Positions 20,026 to 29,311 of a DNA stretch of 64,000 nucleotides are shown here, piece by piece. The stretch lies in assembly GCA_001000675.1 (NCBI GenBank), contig LCHW01000001.1:360875-424874 (forward strand). The letters are read 5' to 3'. The stretch is from Candidatus Wolfebacteria bacterium GW2011_GWE2_44_13. GTDB taxonomy: Bacteria; Patescibacteriota; Minisyncoccia; UBA6257; UBA9933. Position 1 is the first letter of the stretch, and each line of letters opens with the position of its first letter. A program made the position numbers and the translations under genes. Under the pieces are notes generated by a model. That model searched no databases, had not been told where the DNA came from, and saw only the letters and a list, made by a program, of their open reading frames with translations.

Positions 20026-21177
20026 ATGAAGCAAATACAAAAGGGAATAATTAGTATCGGCGTAGTATTAGTCGGTGTAGTGGCTATTTCTGCGTATGCA
20101 CAAGTCTCGAATAGTGATATTGTGAATGCGTTTCGGCAGTACAAGGATGTGCAAGCCGTGACGCTTGCCACTCCTGCGGTTGTAGAAGTTTCTTTTGATG
20201 GAGAAGTGATTGAACGACCCGTTTTTGCCGTTTTAGATACGACAACAAACGCCTTTGAACCGTCGTTCTTTAAGCAAGAGGTTATAGCGAAGCCCGTTTC
20301 CCTATCTATCAACGCTACCCCTACTGTTAACGGTCTTGGGGCCATGACTGACGGGGACGTGCGAACCTATACTAATTTTTTCTTGCCTGAAAGTACGCAA
20401 GGCTCGGTTCGTCTTGTTGTAAACGCCTCTACTCCGATTACGTCATCCGGATTCACTGTACTGCTCGGCGAACATGTTGCACTCCCGACCGTCGTAGAAG
20501 TGCGGGCAATGGTACAAGGTAAAGAGGTTATTGTTGTTGCAAATCAGCGTATGAATGGACAGACACTTCGATTTCCAAAAACCGTTGCAAGCAGTTGGAT
20601 TATTTCATTTACCTATGGACAGCCATTGCGCATAAGCGAATTACAATTTATCCAAGAATCTTCGGCGACCGTAAGCTCCGCACTGTTGCGATTTCTTGCC
20701 CAACCAAATCATGCATATCGTATTTATTTTGATGCTGATCGACAAGTACAGCTAGTTGTCGGCGAAGCGGGGAATCTTTCCAGTAATAAGGATGTGGTAC
20801 GAATAACAAAGATTGCTTCACAAAAAAATGCATCGTATGTTATCGCTGATATGGATGGCGATACTATCCCTGATGTATTCGATAATTGTGTTCTAATTTC
20901 TAATACCGAGCAGAAGGATGCGAATGGAAATGGACGAGGAGATATGTGTGACGATTTTGATCGAGATGGTGTGCTCAATAGTAAAGATAACTGCCCTGAC
21001 AATCCCAATCGCGATCAACTTGATGTTGATGCTGACGGGCTAGGGGATACGTGTGATGCACAAGAAAGTCGCATTACAGAGCAATATGCGTGGCTTCCGT
21101 GGGTTGGTATCGGGTTTGCCGCGCTTGTACTCATTGTACTGTTTGCCGTGACGGCACGATCGATGAAGAGTGAGTAA
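20026..21177 (+). CDS. secreted/anchored protein with thrombospondin type-3 Ca-binding repeats
   Basis: DMDGDTIPDVFDNC, DRDGVLNSKDNCP..NRDQLDVDADGLGDTCD; signal peptide and C-terminal TM. Confidence 0.85.
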   Translation: MKQIQKGIISIGVVLVGVVAISAYAQVSNSDIVNAFRQYKDVQAVTLATPAVVEVSFDGEVIERPVFAVLDTTTNAFEPSFFKQEVIAKPVSLSINATPTVNGLGAMTDGDVRTYTNFFLPESTQGSVRLVVNASTPITSSGFTVLLGEHVALPTVVEVRAMVQGKEVIVVANQRMNGQTLRFPKTVASSWIISFTYGQPLRISELQFIQESSATVSSALLRFLAQPNHAYRIYFDADRQVQLVVGEAGNLSSNKDVVRITKIASQKNASYVIADMDGDTIPDVFDNCVLISNTEQKDANGNGRGDMCDDFDRDGVLNSKDNCPDNPNRDQLDVDADGLGDTCDAQESRITEQYAWLPWVGIGFAALVLIVLFAVTARSMKSE

Positions 21178-21223
21178 TCGTATAAATATCAAAAAGACGC
21201 CATACGGCGTCTTTTTGAACTAG

Positions 21224-21304
21224 TGCCCAGAGCCGGACTCGAACCGGCAAGCCTTGCGGCAAGACATTTTAAGTGTCTCGTGTATACCATTCCACCATCC
21301 GGGC
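21224..21304 (-). tRNA. tRNA-Leu(TAA)
   Basis: GCCCGGA acceptor, AGACA-CTTAAAA-TGTCT anticodon arm, long variable arm, GGTTCGAGTCC. Confidence 0.95.
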
Positions 21305-21325
21305 AGTATGAACTTTCATTGTATG

Positions 21326-21397
21326 AGGCTCGGGTGGGAATCGAACCCACGTATAAGAGTTTTGCAGACTCATGCCTTACCACTTGGCCACCGAGCC
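21326..21397 (-). tRNA. tRNA-Cys(GCA)
   Basis: GGCTCGG acceptor, CTGCAAA loop, U73 discriminator, GGTTCGATTCC. Confidence 0.95.
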
Positions 21398-21440
21398 ATT
21401 ATATCCATTAATACGTTTTGTATCAATGGATACTATCGGC

Positions 21441-21800
21441 TTATTCGTCGCTTTCGTCGAGATTACCCTTACGCGCCTCGTCAAGAAGAATTTTTTCTAT
21501 GCCCTGCGCCTTTTCCAATCCAGGATCGTATTCAAAACGAATATAGGGAATACTCCGGAGGGATAATTTTCTAATTAACAACCTTTGCAGATATCCAGCG
21601 CTTCGATCGAGTATCTTGAGTGCTTCCTTATGTTTATCAGAAGGAATAACGCTGAACTTTACATCGGCAAAGTCTGAGTCTTCGGAAAGTTTTACATCAG
21701 TGATGGTCACTAATGCGTTATCAAATTCAAGCTCGCGAACTATGAGCTTGGAAAGTTCCTCCGCTATGATATTACTGAGCCGTTCTTTTCTGTACTTCAT
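21441..21800 (-). CDS. rbfA: ribosome-binding factor A
   Basis: MKYRKERL..LVTITDV.LS.D...IPYIRFEYD; directly downstream of infB. Confidence 0.92.
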   Translation of the reverse strand: MKYRKERLSNIIAEELSKLIVRELEFDNALVTITDVKLSEDSDFADVKFSVIPSDKHKEALKILDRSAGYLQRLLIRKLSLRSIPYIRFEYDPGLEKAQGIEKILLDEARKGNLDESDE

Positions 21801-23250
21801 GTGATAATAAATCTCCGATTTGTATGTCGACACCTGATTCGAATACCATACCAAATTCCATAGGGAATTCAACTACGGTTACGTCTCGCTTCGATGACTG
21901 GAGGTTGGTCAACTTTCCTGTGCCGAGTGTTTCTTCTCCGCGCTTTACGGTTAACGTGGTGTTGTTTTTGATTGTTCCATTGATGATCTTTCCACCAATA
22001 ACTTGCTTCCTCCCTTTTTGGCTGTAGGTCGCCATAATCTCCGCAACTCCTAACGGGGCTGGCTCTTCGATTGCCTTGATTTCTTCCTCAATCGATTCCA
22101 TCAATTTGTAGATGATGTTTCCGGTAATGATGCGAATCTTTTTGATTTGCGCCATTTGCTCTGCGGATTTACTTATCTTGGCGTTAAAGCCGATGATAAT
22201 AGCGTCTCCCGATTCTGCTGCCTTTACATCGCTGTCGGATATTTCACCAACCGATTCTCCCATGATACGGATATTAACCGTAGTCTGGTTTAGCGATTTT
22301 ACAATTGCGGCAAATGCTTCTAATGATCCGCTTACATCTGCCTTTAAGATAAGACGCAATTCTGGATTGCCTGTCTCCTTGATGAGCGATTTCTGCATCT
22401 TGGATGGGATAATTACCGCTGCGGCATTTTTATCAAACACGGTGAGTTCAACATCTCCACTGGTGAATTCTTCACCAACCTTTGGAAGTTTATCAAAGCC
22501 CATGATAACAACAGGAGCAGATGGTTCGAGTTTGTCGGCGCGTTTTCCGAGAAAATCTTCTAATAATTTTATCTTTCCACACGCACTATTTGTTACAATA
22601 TTTTTTCCTGATTGTAATGTACCGTTGCGCACGATACCCGTTGCCATGATTCCGCGTTGCTTATCGAGTTTTGCTTCGAGGATGATACCTTCAGCGTTTG
22701 CACTTGGATCATAGGTAAAATCTTCAAGCTCTGCGGCGAGCAAGAGAAGGTCGAGTAATTCATCGACTCCTGTTCCTGCTTTAGCTGATATTTTTTGCCA
22801 GCTGATATTTCCTCCAGCACCTTCGAGATACACACCGTGCTGCATCAAACTTGCCTTTGTTTTTTCAATGTCTGCATTTGCTTTGTCGATTTTATTGATA
22901 GCAACAACAAACGGCGTCTTGCTCGAGATTAGTGTTTCAATAGATTCTTTTGTTTGTGGTTGCACGCCATCGTCTGCGGCAACAACAAGAATAGCGAGGT
23001 CGGCTACATGTGCGCCTCGGGTGCGCATATGGGTAAACGCTTCGTGCCCTGGGGTGTCGATGAAGGTCATCTTTTTCCCGCTGTGTACGATTTCATATGC
23101 ACCAATTGCTTGTGTGATGCCTCCGGCTTCACGCGCAGCTATCTGCGTCTTCTTGATAGTGTCGAGCAGGGTTGTTTTGCCGTGGTCTACGTGACCCATG
23201 ACAACAACAATCGGGGGGCGAGGGAGGAGTTTGTTTTTTGAATTTGGCAT
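21772..23250 (-). CDS. infB: translation initiation factor IF-2 (short, no N-terminal domain)
   Basis: RPPIVVVMGHVDHGKTTLLD, GGITQ, FIDTPGHEAF, INKID. Confidence 0.97.
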   Translation of the reverse strand: MPNSKNKLLPRPPIVVVMGHVDHGKTTLLDTIKKTQIAAREAGGITQAIGAYEIVHSGKKMTFIDTPGHEAFTHMRTRGAHVADLAILVVAADDGVQPQTKESIETLISSKTPFVVAINKIDKANADIEKTKASLMQHGVYLEGAGGNISWQKISAKAGTGVDELLDLLLLAAELEDFTYDPSANAEGIILEAKLDKQRGIMATGIVRNGTLQSGKNIVTNSACGKIKLLEDFLGKRADKLEPSAPVVIMGFDKLPKVGEEFTSGDVELTVFDKNAAAVIIPSKMQKSLIKETGNPELRLILKADVSGSLEAFAAIVKSLNQTTVNIRIMGESVGEISDSDVKAAESGDAIIIGFNAKISKSAEQMAQIKKIRIITGNIIYKLMESIEEEIKAIEEPAPLGVAEIMATYSQKGRKQVIGGKIINGTIKNNTTLTVKRGEETLGTGKLTNLQSSKRDVTVVEFPMEFGMVFESGVDIQIGDLLSHEVQKRTAQ

Positions 23251-23475
23251 GGCGGAAAAAGGTTAAATGATGGCTCGAGAATGACGATGGAATCGAGTGC
23301 GAAGTGAGTAGTATGCATAAATGCTTACTTTTTGCACCCATGTTTCCGTACTATACCAAAAAAAGCCACAAAACGCAAGCAGAATCATTGTTTACCTTTT
23401 GATATAGTTGGGGTATTGTAGAGGCAGTATTTTATCGACAACCCATATAAAAGCGCGATTGCGCGGGAGGTTCAC

Positions 23476-24051
23476 ATGTCTAGTCTTAGCAAGGAAAAGA
23501 AAGTATTCGGAATGGCTGTGTTGCCCACACTTTTTCGGGAGTTGCGTGACGTCAGCCACCAGGAAGCGATACTAGCCTCCATCTTCGATGCGTTGTTTTG
23601 GCAGATCCGGCTCACGTTGCTGGACCCCCATTCGATCCGTCGGATTGGCATCACTCGGTTTCATTCGGACGAGGCCCAGTATCGGGTCATGGAGCGGCCT
23701 AACTCGGAGAATACTTCGTCGCTCAGATTCGCGACCATTTCCATACAATGGACCAATGTGAACAAAAACAGCTACGAGGGGGTTGACCCGTTGATTTGCG
23801 ACCGCCTTCCCGATCGGGGGATGATGCCCCCGGGACCGATGTTTATGGCTAAAGGCTTGGTAATCGAGGGTGATGCGGATTTTGTCAATTTTCTCTACAC
23901 GAGCTTCTTAACATTTCCTAGCGAAGAATATGGAGGTCTTGACCTGCTCGCATTGTTGAAGCAGTTGGCACGCGAGCGGCTCGTTGATCAGCCGCATGCG
24001 GGTATTTCTCTGCAAATCCCCGTTGCCAGATTTTATGACATTACTCCGTAA
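23476..24051 (+). CDS. orphan protein (solo gene)
   Basis: GGGAGG SD; terminator 24058-24081. Confidence 0.68.
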   Translation: MSSLSKEKKVFGMAVLPTLFRELRDVSHQEAILASIFDALFWQIRLTLLDPHSIRRIGITRFHSDEAQYRVMERPNSENTSSLRFATISIQWTNVNKNSYEGVDPLICDRLPDRGMMPPGPMFMAKGLVIEGDADFVNFLYTSFLTFPSEEYGGLDLLALLKQLARERLVDQPHAGISLQIPVARFYDITP

Positions 24052-24082
24052 ATAAACGGCGCCCTGCGGGGGCGCCTTTTTA

Positions 24083-24535
24083 TTAAAAACGTTTGATAAG
24101 TACAATCGTGTTTTTATTATATGCTGGATTGATAGCAGGCTCGAGCGGATGTTCTACAACCCCTGAAAACCCATTACTATTTGTAGAATGAATCATAGTG
24201 TTATCTCCAGCATAGATGCCGGCATGACCGATGTACACCTTTCTTCCTGGAAATAATTCGTGTCGATAGTGTCCGATTTCTCCTTCGAAAAAGAGAACAT
24301 CTCCAGGCTGTGCTTCGGCTAAAGATTTAATTTCCTCGCCCTCAGCTGCTGCTTGCAGGATGGTTGATCGGGGGAGTTCTGTGCCGAAATTATGAAATAC
24401 GAATTGAATGAATGATGAGCAATCGAATGTTACTTGAGTATCGCTTGCGGGTTCTGTATATGCGCCGTATTTGTATGGAGCGCCGAGAAGATTTTTTGCG
24501 AAAGTAATGAGTTGCGTTGTTCTTGTATTTTCCAT
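24083..24535 (-). CDS. NlpC/P60 (C40) peptidoglycan endopeptidase
   Basis: GAPYKYG, FDCSSF, LPRST, PGDVLFF, GHAGIY. Confidence 0.92.
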   Translation of the reverse strand: MENTRTTQLITFAKNLLGAPYKYGAYTEPASDTQVTFDCSSFIQFVFHNFGTELPRSTILQAAAEGEEIKSLAEAQPGDVLFFEGEIGHYRHELFPGRKVYIGHAGIYAGDNTMIHSTNSNGFSGVVEHPLEPAINPAYNKNTIVLIKRF

Positions 24536-24542
24536 AGTTGTA

Positions 24543-25079
24543 TTATGTAATATTATTTGGACGAATTACGATGAACCGTTTTTTCCATCCGGCAACGAAC
24601 TTTTTTTGTGGAACAGTGCGAATGGCATATTTTATTCGTTTTGATTTTGGGTCAACAATGTGGAGGATTATCTCTGTAGGCGTTTTTGTGTATCCATTTA
24701 CAACCACAAGATGCCCTCCGTTTTTTATATTAAAATCTTTATGAATCGAGACAATAACTGGGCCCTTTTTTACATTGTTTAACAATACATCAAAACCTTC
24801 TTGTGGATCATTTTTTGCATAATCAAATCGTTCACCTATGAACCCATATTCCTTTGCAAGATCGATAAGCCCTTGATGCGTCCAACCAATACCCGCGAGA
24901 TAGGCATGTATTACTACGCCGCGGTCAATTAGCGTTTGGAGCGTGCCTTTGTGAATTCGCTGGGTATAGCTGTTCATAATCATGCACAACGAAGCAATGC
25001 CACATGACCTACGTTTCCAGAAATATGGTTTAATGTCGTGTGCTTGTGCGATAGGCGTGATTGGGTGATGTACTTCCAT
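24543..25079 (-). CDS. C39-like cysteine peptidase
   Basis: SCGIASLCM, GGHLVVVNGY, IVDP. Confidence 0.85.
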   Translation of the reverse strand: MEVHHPITPIAQAHDIKPYFWKRRSCGIASLCMIMNSYTQRIHKGTLQTLIDRGVVIHAYLAGIGWTHQGLIDLAKEYGFIGERFDYAKNDPQEGFDVLLNNVKKGPVIVSIHKDFNIKNGGHLVVVNGYTKTPTEIILHIVDPKSKRIKYAIRTVPQKKFVAGWKKRFIVIRPNNIT

Positions 25080-25187
25080 ATAGTTGAATAATAAGAGTGT
25101 TTATTGTAAAAGGCAATTAAAAAAAGAGGGGTTTACAAAATAGACCATAATTTGCTACACTAACAAAACTGTGTTAACAGTATCTAC

Positions 25188-25259
25188 CGCGGGTTAGAGG
25201 AACGGTTACCTCGTAAGGCTCATAACCTTGAGAACTGGGTTCGACTCCCAGACCCGCAA
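25188..25259 (+). tRNA. initiator tRNA-fMet(CAT)
   Basis: C1:A72 mismatch (CGCGGGT/ACCCGCA), CTCATAA loop. Confidence 0.93.
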
Positions 25260-25410
25260 CATAAAAATAACAGCCACCTGTAAAAGGTGGCTGTTATTTT
25301 TATGTTATGTCGGTGGGGAGAAGAAGGGTATTCTAAAAATATGAACTGCTTCATGTTTTTAGAAACCCCGGCGATGGGGGCGAAGCTTGTGCGAAGCGAC
25401 GGAGGAAGAG

Positions 25411-25430
25411 GACTCCCAGACCCGCAACCA
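25411..25430 (+). repeat. duplicated 3' end of tRNA-fMet (att-like)
   Basis: GACTCCCAGACCCGCAAC is identical to 25243-25260; this copy continues to CCA. Confidence 0.85.
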
Positions 25431-25508
25431 CGTAAAAACGAAAAAGCACCCCGCTAGAGCGGGGTGCTTTTTCGTTCACGCGACGAGCTGTAAAAAAAGC
25501 TATTTATT

Positions 25509-25673
25509 GTTCTTTTTTAAAAAAGAACCAAAAATCACGAACCAGAAATATTTCGGGGTCGCCTCCAAAACGGCTGAAGCTCGGAACTCGCACGCTAGGG
25601 TAAGCGCGCTCAAACACCGAGCTTCTTCCGATATTTTTCCGGCGCCCTTTATCCGAAATATTCCCATGTTCGT
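25509..25673 (+). repeat. dispersed rod-like hairpin element, copy 2
   Basis: Near-identical to 5391-5562. Confidence 0.9.
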
Positions 25674-25692
25674 TGAAATTAATAGTTGGATT

Positions 25693-25719
25693 CTGGATAC
25701 CGGCTTTCGCCGGTATGAC
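25693..25719 (-). repeat. short REP-like palindrome (GTCATACCGGCGAAAGCCGGTATCCAG on minus)
   Basis: Related to GTCATTCCCGC...GCGGGGATCT at 48907-48955. Confidence 0.6.
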
Positions 25720-25782
25720 GAATAGCGCAGTATTGATTCGAGAGCCTTTCCATGATTTAATGATATGTATTCAAATTGAATT

Positions 25783-25854
25783 GCCTCTGTAGTTCAAGGG
25801 TTAGAACGGAGCACTCATAACGCTCAGACAATGGTTCGACTCCATTCAGAGGCA
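25783..25854 (+). tRNA. tRNA with CAT anticodon (elongator Met or Ile2)
   Basis: GCCTCTG/CAGAGGC acceptor, CTCATAA loop, GGTTCGACTCC. Confidence 0.88.
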
Positions 25855-25905
25855 CATAGAAAAAGCGGCGACCTTCAGGTCGCCGCTTTTCGTGACGGTC
25901 ACGAA

Positions 25906-26850
25906 TTAATACAGAAGGATTCGCGTTCCTTTGAACCGCGCGGACCTTTTGTCGAAGCAGTGATAGGCTTCGCCTGGATAGGCGATTGCGCCGTAGCCGT
26001 TCGAAGTATTAGTGCTACAGAACGGCGCACGTTTATTTTGCCAGCCTGCGTGCTCCTCTTGCTTGTGCAGGCCGAAATACAATTCGTGAGCTTTGTAGCC
26101 AGCATACTGCTTAGGTAGGTAGAATTGCCAGACAGCAATTTGTTCCTGCTCCTTTTTGGTAAAGCAGCGAAGAATGGTGGACTTTTTTGTGTAATAGGCA
26201 AACCCTAATCCCTTGCCCTCCACTTCTGTGGGCATTTTAGGATTATTGGGCAACAGGGCGCTCGTCTCAAATTTACGACATACTTCGTATTTCTTAGGAA
26301 GGCGTTTCTCTAACCCCCCTTCTAGCGGTTGATTGTAGCTCCGCAGCGTTCGAAGTAAATCCTCGCGGAATATAAGATCGCGGCTGCCGTATGCTCTTAG
26401 CACCAGCTCTTTTGGAACATCTTCGGCATTAAGCCATTGGGGTTCTGTTGGATGACTTTTTCCTAATACGGTAAGTGTGAGTTTTGGATTAAATATGACC
26501 AATGTGACTGGTACGGTTTTTGCAAGCGGATGAATTTCGCCAAGTATTCGATAGCCCGGATACGTAAGTGCCTTACGGATTTCGTACCCTGCAATCATAA
26601 ATCCATCGCGTTCTAATTGGGCAATCTTTCCTCTGATGATTGCCGTGGCATCAAGAAACTTTTTAAGTTCTTCTACTCCGCGGCTTGGTGCTTTCGGTAG
26701 GCCATCCGCCCCCTTCATTTCTGCGTCCAGTACGGCGAGAAAATCTCCACCACATCTTTCGCGAATGAATTTAAAATTGTCATCGCCGGCAATTACAACT
26801 AGCTTTTCCATTTGCTCATCCAAATCGATTACTTCAGGAATTCTGCTCAT
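25906..26850 (-). CDS. orphan protein (solo gene with structured leader)
   Basis: AAAAGGAG SD before ATG 26850; TTGACA-17-TAAAAC near 26991-27019; shared terminator 25861-25890. Confidence 0.72.
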   Translation of the reverse strand: MSRIPEVIDLDEQMEKLVVIAGDDNFKFIRERCGGDFLAVLDAEMKGADGLPKAPSRGVEELKKFLDATAIIRGKIAQLERDGFMIAGYEIRKALTYPGYRILGEIHPLAKTVPVTLVIFNPKLTLTVLGKSHPTEPQWLNAEDVPKELVLRAYGSRDLIFREDLLRTLRSYNQPLEGGLEKRLPKKYEVCRKFETSALLPNNPKMPTEVEGKGLGFAYYTKKSTILRCFTKKEQEQIAVWQFYLPKQYAGYKAHELYFGLHKQEEHAGWQNKRAPFCSTNTSNGYGAIAYPGEAYHCFDKRSARFKGTRILLY

Positions 26851-27058
26851 CGCCATCTCCTTTTGTGAGCGTCCTCTGAATGGTGCATTTCCCTGGAGAA
26901 ATGCGAGATATGTTCTTTGCGATGGACCGTCCATCGCAAAGCGTTCCCCTGGAGGAACCTTTTTCAAGGTGCTACTGAGTTTCTAATTCAGTTTTAAACC
27001 GTTTTATAGTGGATGTCAACGTTTCTTTTATGCGGACTGAATGGTATTTTATAGGAAT

Positions 27059-27970
27059 ATGGAAGTGGTGCTTTATTTTTTTGGTGGTCTTGCGGGTGTG
27101 TTGTTGGGGTTGTTTTTGTACACGCAAAATAAGGAGATTGGTGTGAGTGACTATACTATTGGGTTTGAAATATTGCCTGATGCGTTTAATGGATTCAGGA
27201 TTGTGCAGCTTTCTGATTTGCATAATAAGCGATTTGGGAAAAAGCAGCGGTATTTAATTGATTCCGTGCGGAGTGCTAAGCCCGATATTATTGTGATAAC
27301 CGGAGATATTATCGGGGACGGAATTTTTTATGATGCTGAGCCGGCGCTTGAGTTGGCGTGTGGGTTGCGCGATATTGCGCCCGTCTATTATGTAACAGGA
27401 AATCATGAGTGGGATTCGAAACAGTTTGCGACTTTGGGGAAACGGCTGGTTGAATGCGGCGTGCACATGCTCGACAATCGAGTGGAAACGCTTCCGCGGA
27501 AAAGCGAAATGATGGCAATTGCGGGGATTGACGATGCTGCACGGTATCGATCGGAATTTGAAAATGATGCGCCGCTTGATTCGCTTCGCAACCATACGGA
27601 ACGGGGGGCTGAAGAAATGCGTCGCGTCATCCGCCGTGAGCTCGACATAGTGCAGAGCGAAATGGAGAAGGGGGTATTTACGATATTGCTTGCGCACCGG
27701 CCGGAGTTTTTGAATACGTATGCACGCTATGGGGTTAACCTTGTTTTTTCTGGGCATGCGCATGGTGGGCAATGGAATATGCCGAACGTTGGTCCGCTTG
27801 TTGCTCCTGGACAAGGGCTGTTTCCGAAGTTGGTGGCTGGCGTGCATAGGCAGGGCAAAACGACCATGGTTATTAGCAGGGGAATTGGAAATAGTGGCAT
27901 TGCATTCCAGCGATTATTTAATAAACCAGAGGTGGTTGTTGTTGCGCTAAGAAGAGAAATTAAAAAATAA
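27059..27970 (+). CDS. calcineurin-like metallophosphoesterase (YkuE-like)
   Basis: LSDLH, TGD, GNHE, LAHRP, SGHAHGGQ. Confidence 0.92.
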   Translation: MEVVLYFFGGLAGVLLGLFLYTQNKEIGVSDYTIGFEILPDAFNGFRIVQLSDLHNKRFGKKQRYLIDSVRSAKPDIIVITGDIIGDGIFYDAEPALELACGLRDIAPVYYVTGNHEWDSKQFATLGKRLVECGVHMLDNRVETLPRKSEMMAIAGIDDAARYRSEFENDAPLDSLRNHTERGAEEMRRVIRRELDIVQSEMEKGVFTILLAHRPEFLNTYARYGVNLVFSGHAHGGQWNMPNVGPLVAPGQGLFPKLVAGVHRQGKTTMVISRGIGNSGIAFQRLFNKPEVVVVALRREIKK

Positions 27971-28006
27971 AAAAGCCGCTCCCTGTTAGGGGGAGCGGTT
28001 TTGCTT

Positions 28007-29170
28007 TTACCATCCCGCACGCACTGCGGATGTTACGCCGAGATTGTTGAGGATGTCTTTGAGTTCGTTGAGCGACTTTCGCCCAAAGTTTTGCGTCCGT
28101 AAGAGCTCACGCTCCGGTGTCGCCGCAAGCTGGCCGATGGTTTCGATCCCTTTCCACTTTAGGCAGTTTGCCGTCCGGACACTCATCTCCAGTGTTCCTA
28201 CGGGTCGATCGAAAATCGGGATGGATTCTAACTCCGCTGCGATACGGGCAAGCATCGCTTGCTCTGTCTCCACTGTTTCGTCAGGTGTGCTGCTTTGAGC
28301 AGGGGACCAATATATCGGTTCCAGTCTTATCAAGTGCTTGAGCTTCCCACTTCGCGATGGATGGCGCAACTTGCGAAGCGCCTTTGCTTCGATTTGTCGG
28401 ACACGCTCTTCTGAAACGCCACACACGCATCCAATCTGTTTGAGTGTTTGCCCTTGTTTCCCCGTGCCGATGCCGAAACGCATCCTCAGTATCTGCGCTT
28501 CGCGTTCTGTAAGCGTTTCGAGTACGGCCTCAATGTGTTGGGGCGTGTCCTTGGACCACATTGGTCCAATGGTTCCGTGCATTGCTTCAGCGAAGTATGC
28601 GATAAACCCTTTTTCCAGCCCATCGAGATTTTCTGGAAACGGAACATACCGCTCAATAGTGACGCCTGCATAGCGACCCTTGTCGCTTCGCTCCGTGTAG
28701 GCTGTGCCGACATTGGATAAATATTCTTTCCATATATCGACAGTATATCCTTCGTACGGGTAACGTTTTTCTCCGAATACTGCGCGTAGGAGTAGTGTGT
28801 ACCCGTGGTGTTCCGGCAGGTGTGATGGATAGGAGAGATTGTTCATAAGGACGTCTAACGGTTTGAACGTCGCGATGATGGAATCAATCTTGAGCCATTC
28901 GCCGAGCAACTTTTGTATTTCATGTGCTTCTGCACTCATGATGTTCCCGTGAGTGATGTAACTTTTCAGGACCTTCCGGAAAATCTGCACGTCGACATGC
29001 GGTCGACTTTCGCGTAGCTCGGGCGAGAGTTGTTTAGCATCATTTCTGACAGTGGCAAGACTTACCCCGAGTTTTTCGCTTATCCAGCTTACTGGAATGC
29101 CAAGCGGATATAGCGCCTTAATAGCCGTGAATCGTTCCGCTAGTTGCCTTGCATAAAACGGTCTTTTCAT
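28007..29170 (-). CDS. HTH + sigma70 region 4 + RNA polymerase alpha-CTD fusion protein
   Basis: LTEREAQILRMRFGI...TLKQIG...VSEERVRQIEAKALRKLRHPSRS (sigma4); LEMSVRTANCLK..GIETIGQL...ELLRTQNFGRKSLNELKDIL (alpha-CTD). Confidence 0.88.
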   Translation of the reverse strand: MKRPFYARQLAERFTAIKALYPLGIPVSWISEKLGVSLATVRNDAKQLSPELRESRPHVDVQIFRKVLKSYITHGNIMSAEAHEIQKLLGEWLKIDSIIATFKPLDVLMNNLSYPSHLPEHHGYTLLLRAVFGEKRYPYEGYTVDIWKEYLSNVGTAYTERSDKGRYAGVTIERYVPFPENLDGLEKGFIAYFAEAMHGTIGPMWSKDTPQHIEAVLETLTEREAQILRMRFGIGTGKQGQTLKQIGCVCGVSEERVRQIEAKALRKLRHPSRSGKLKHLIRLEPIYWSPAQSSTPDETVETEQAMLARIAAELESIPIFDRPVGTLEMSVRTANCLKWKGIETIGQLAATPERELLRTQNFGRKSLNELKDILNNLGVTSAVRAGW

Positions 29171-29311
29171 TTTGGCACCTCTCTCGTTGTTAGAATTTTA
29201 TAATGTTGCTAAAAATAAAATATAACGAATTTATATTTTTGTCAAACAATTTTAAACTTGGTTTATGTGGCTTGCTGTTTATTTTTCCCTTCGCTTGTGG
29301 TATAAAAGGGC

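Noticed and set aside
21189-21574. Short ORFs over the tRNA-Leu/Cys region
   Set aside because: Shadows of the tRNA genes and rbfA
25387-25725. 112-aa ORF between the tRNAs
   Set aside because: It runs through the tRNA-end duplicate, a terminator and repeat copy 2
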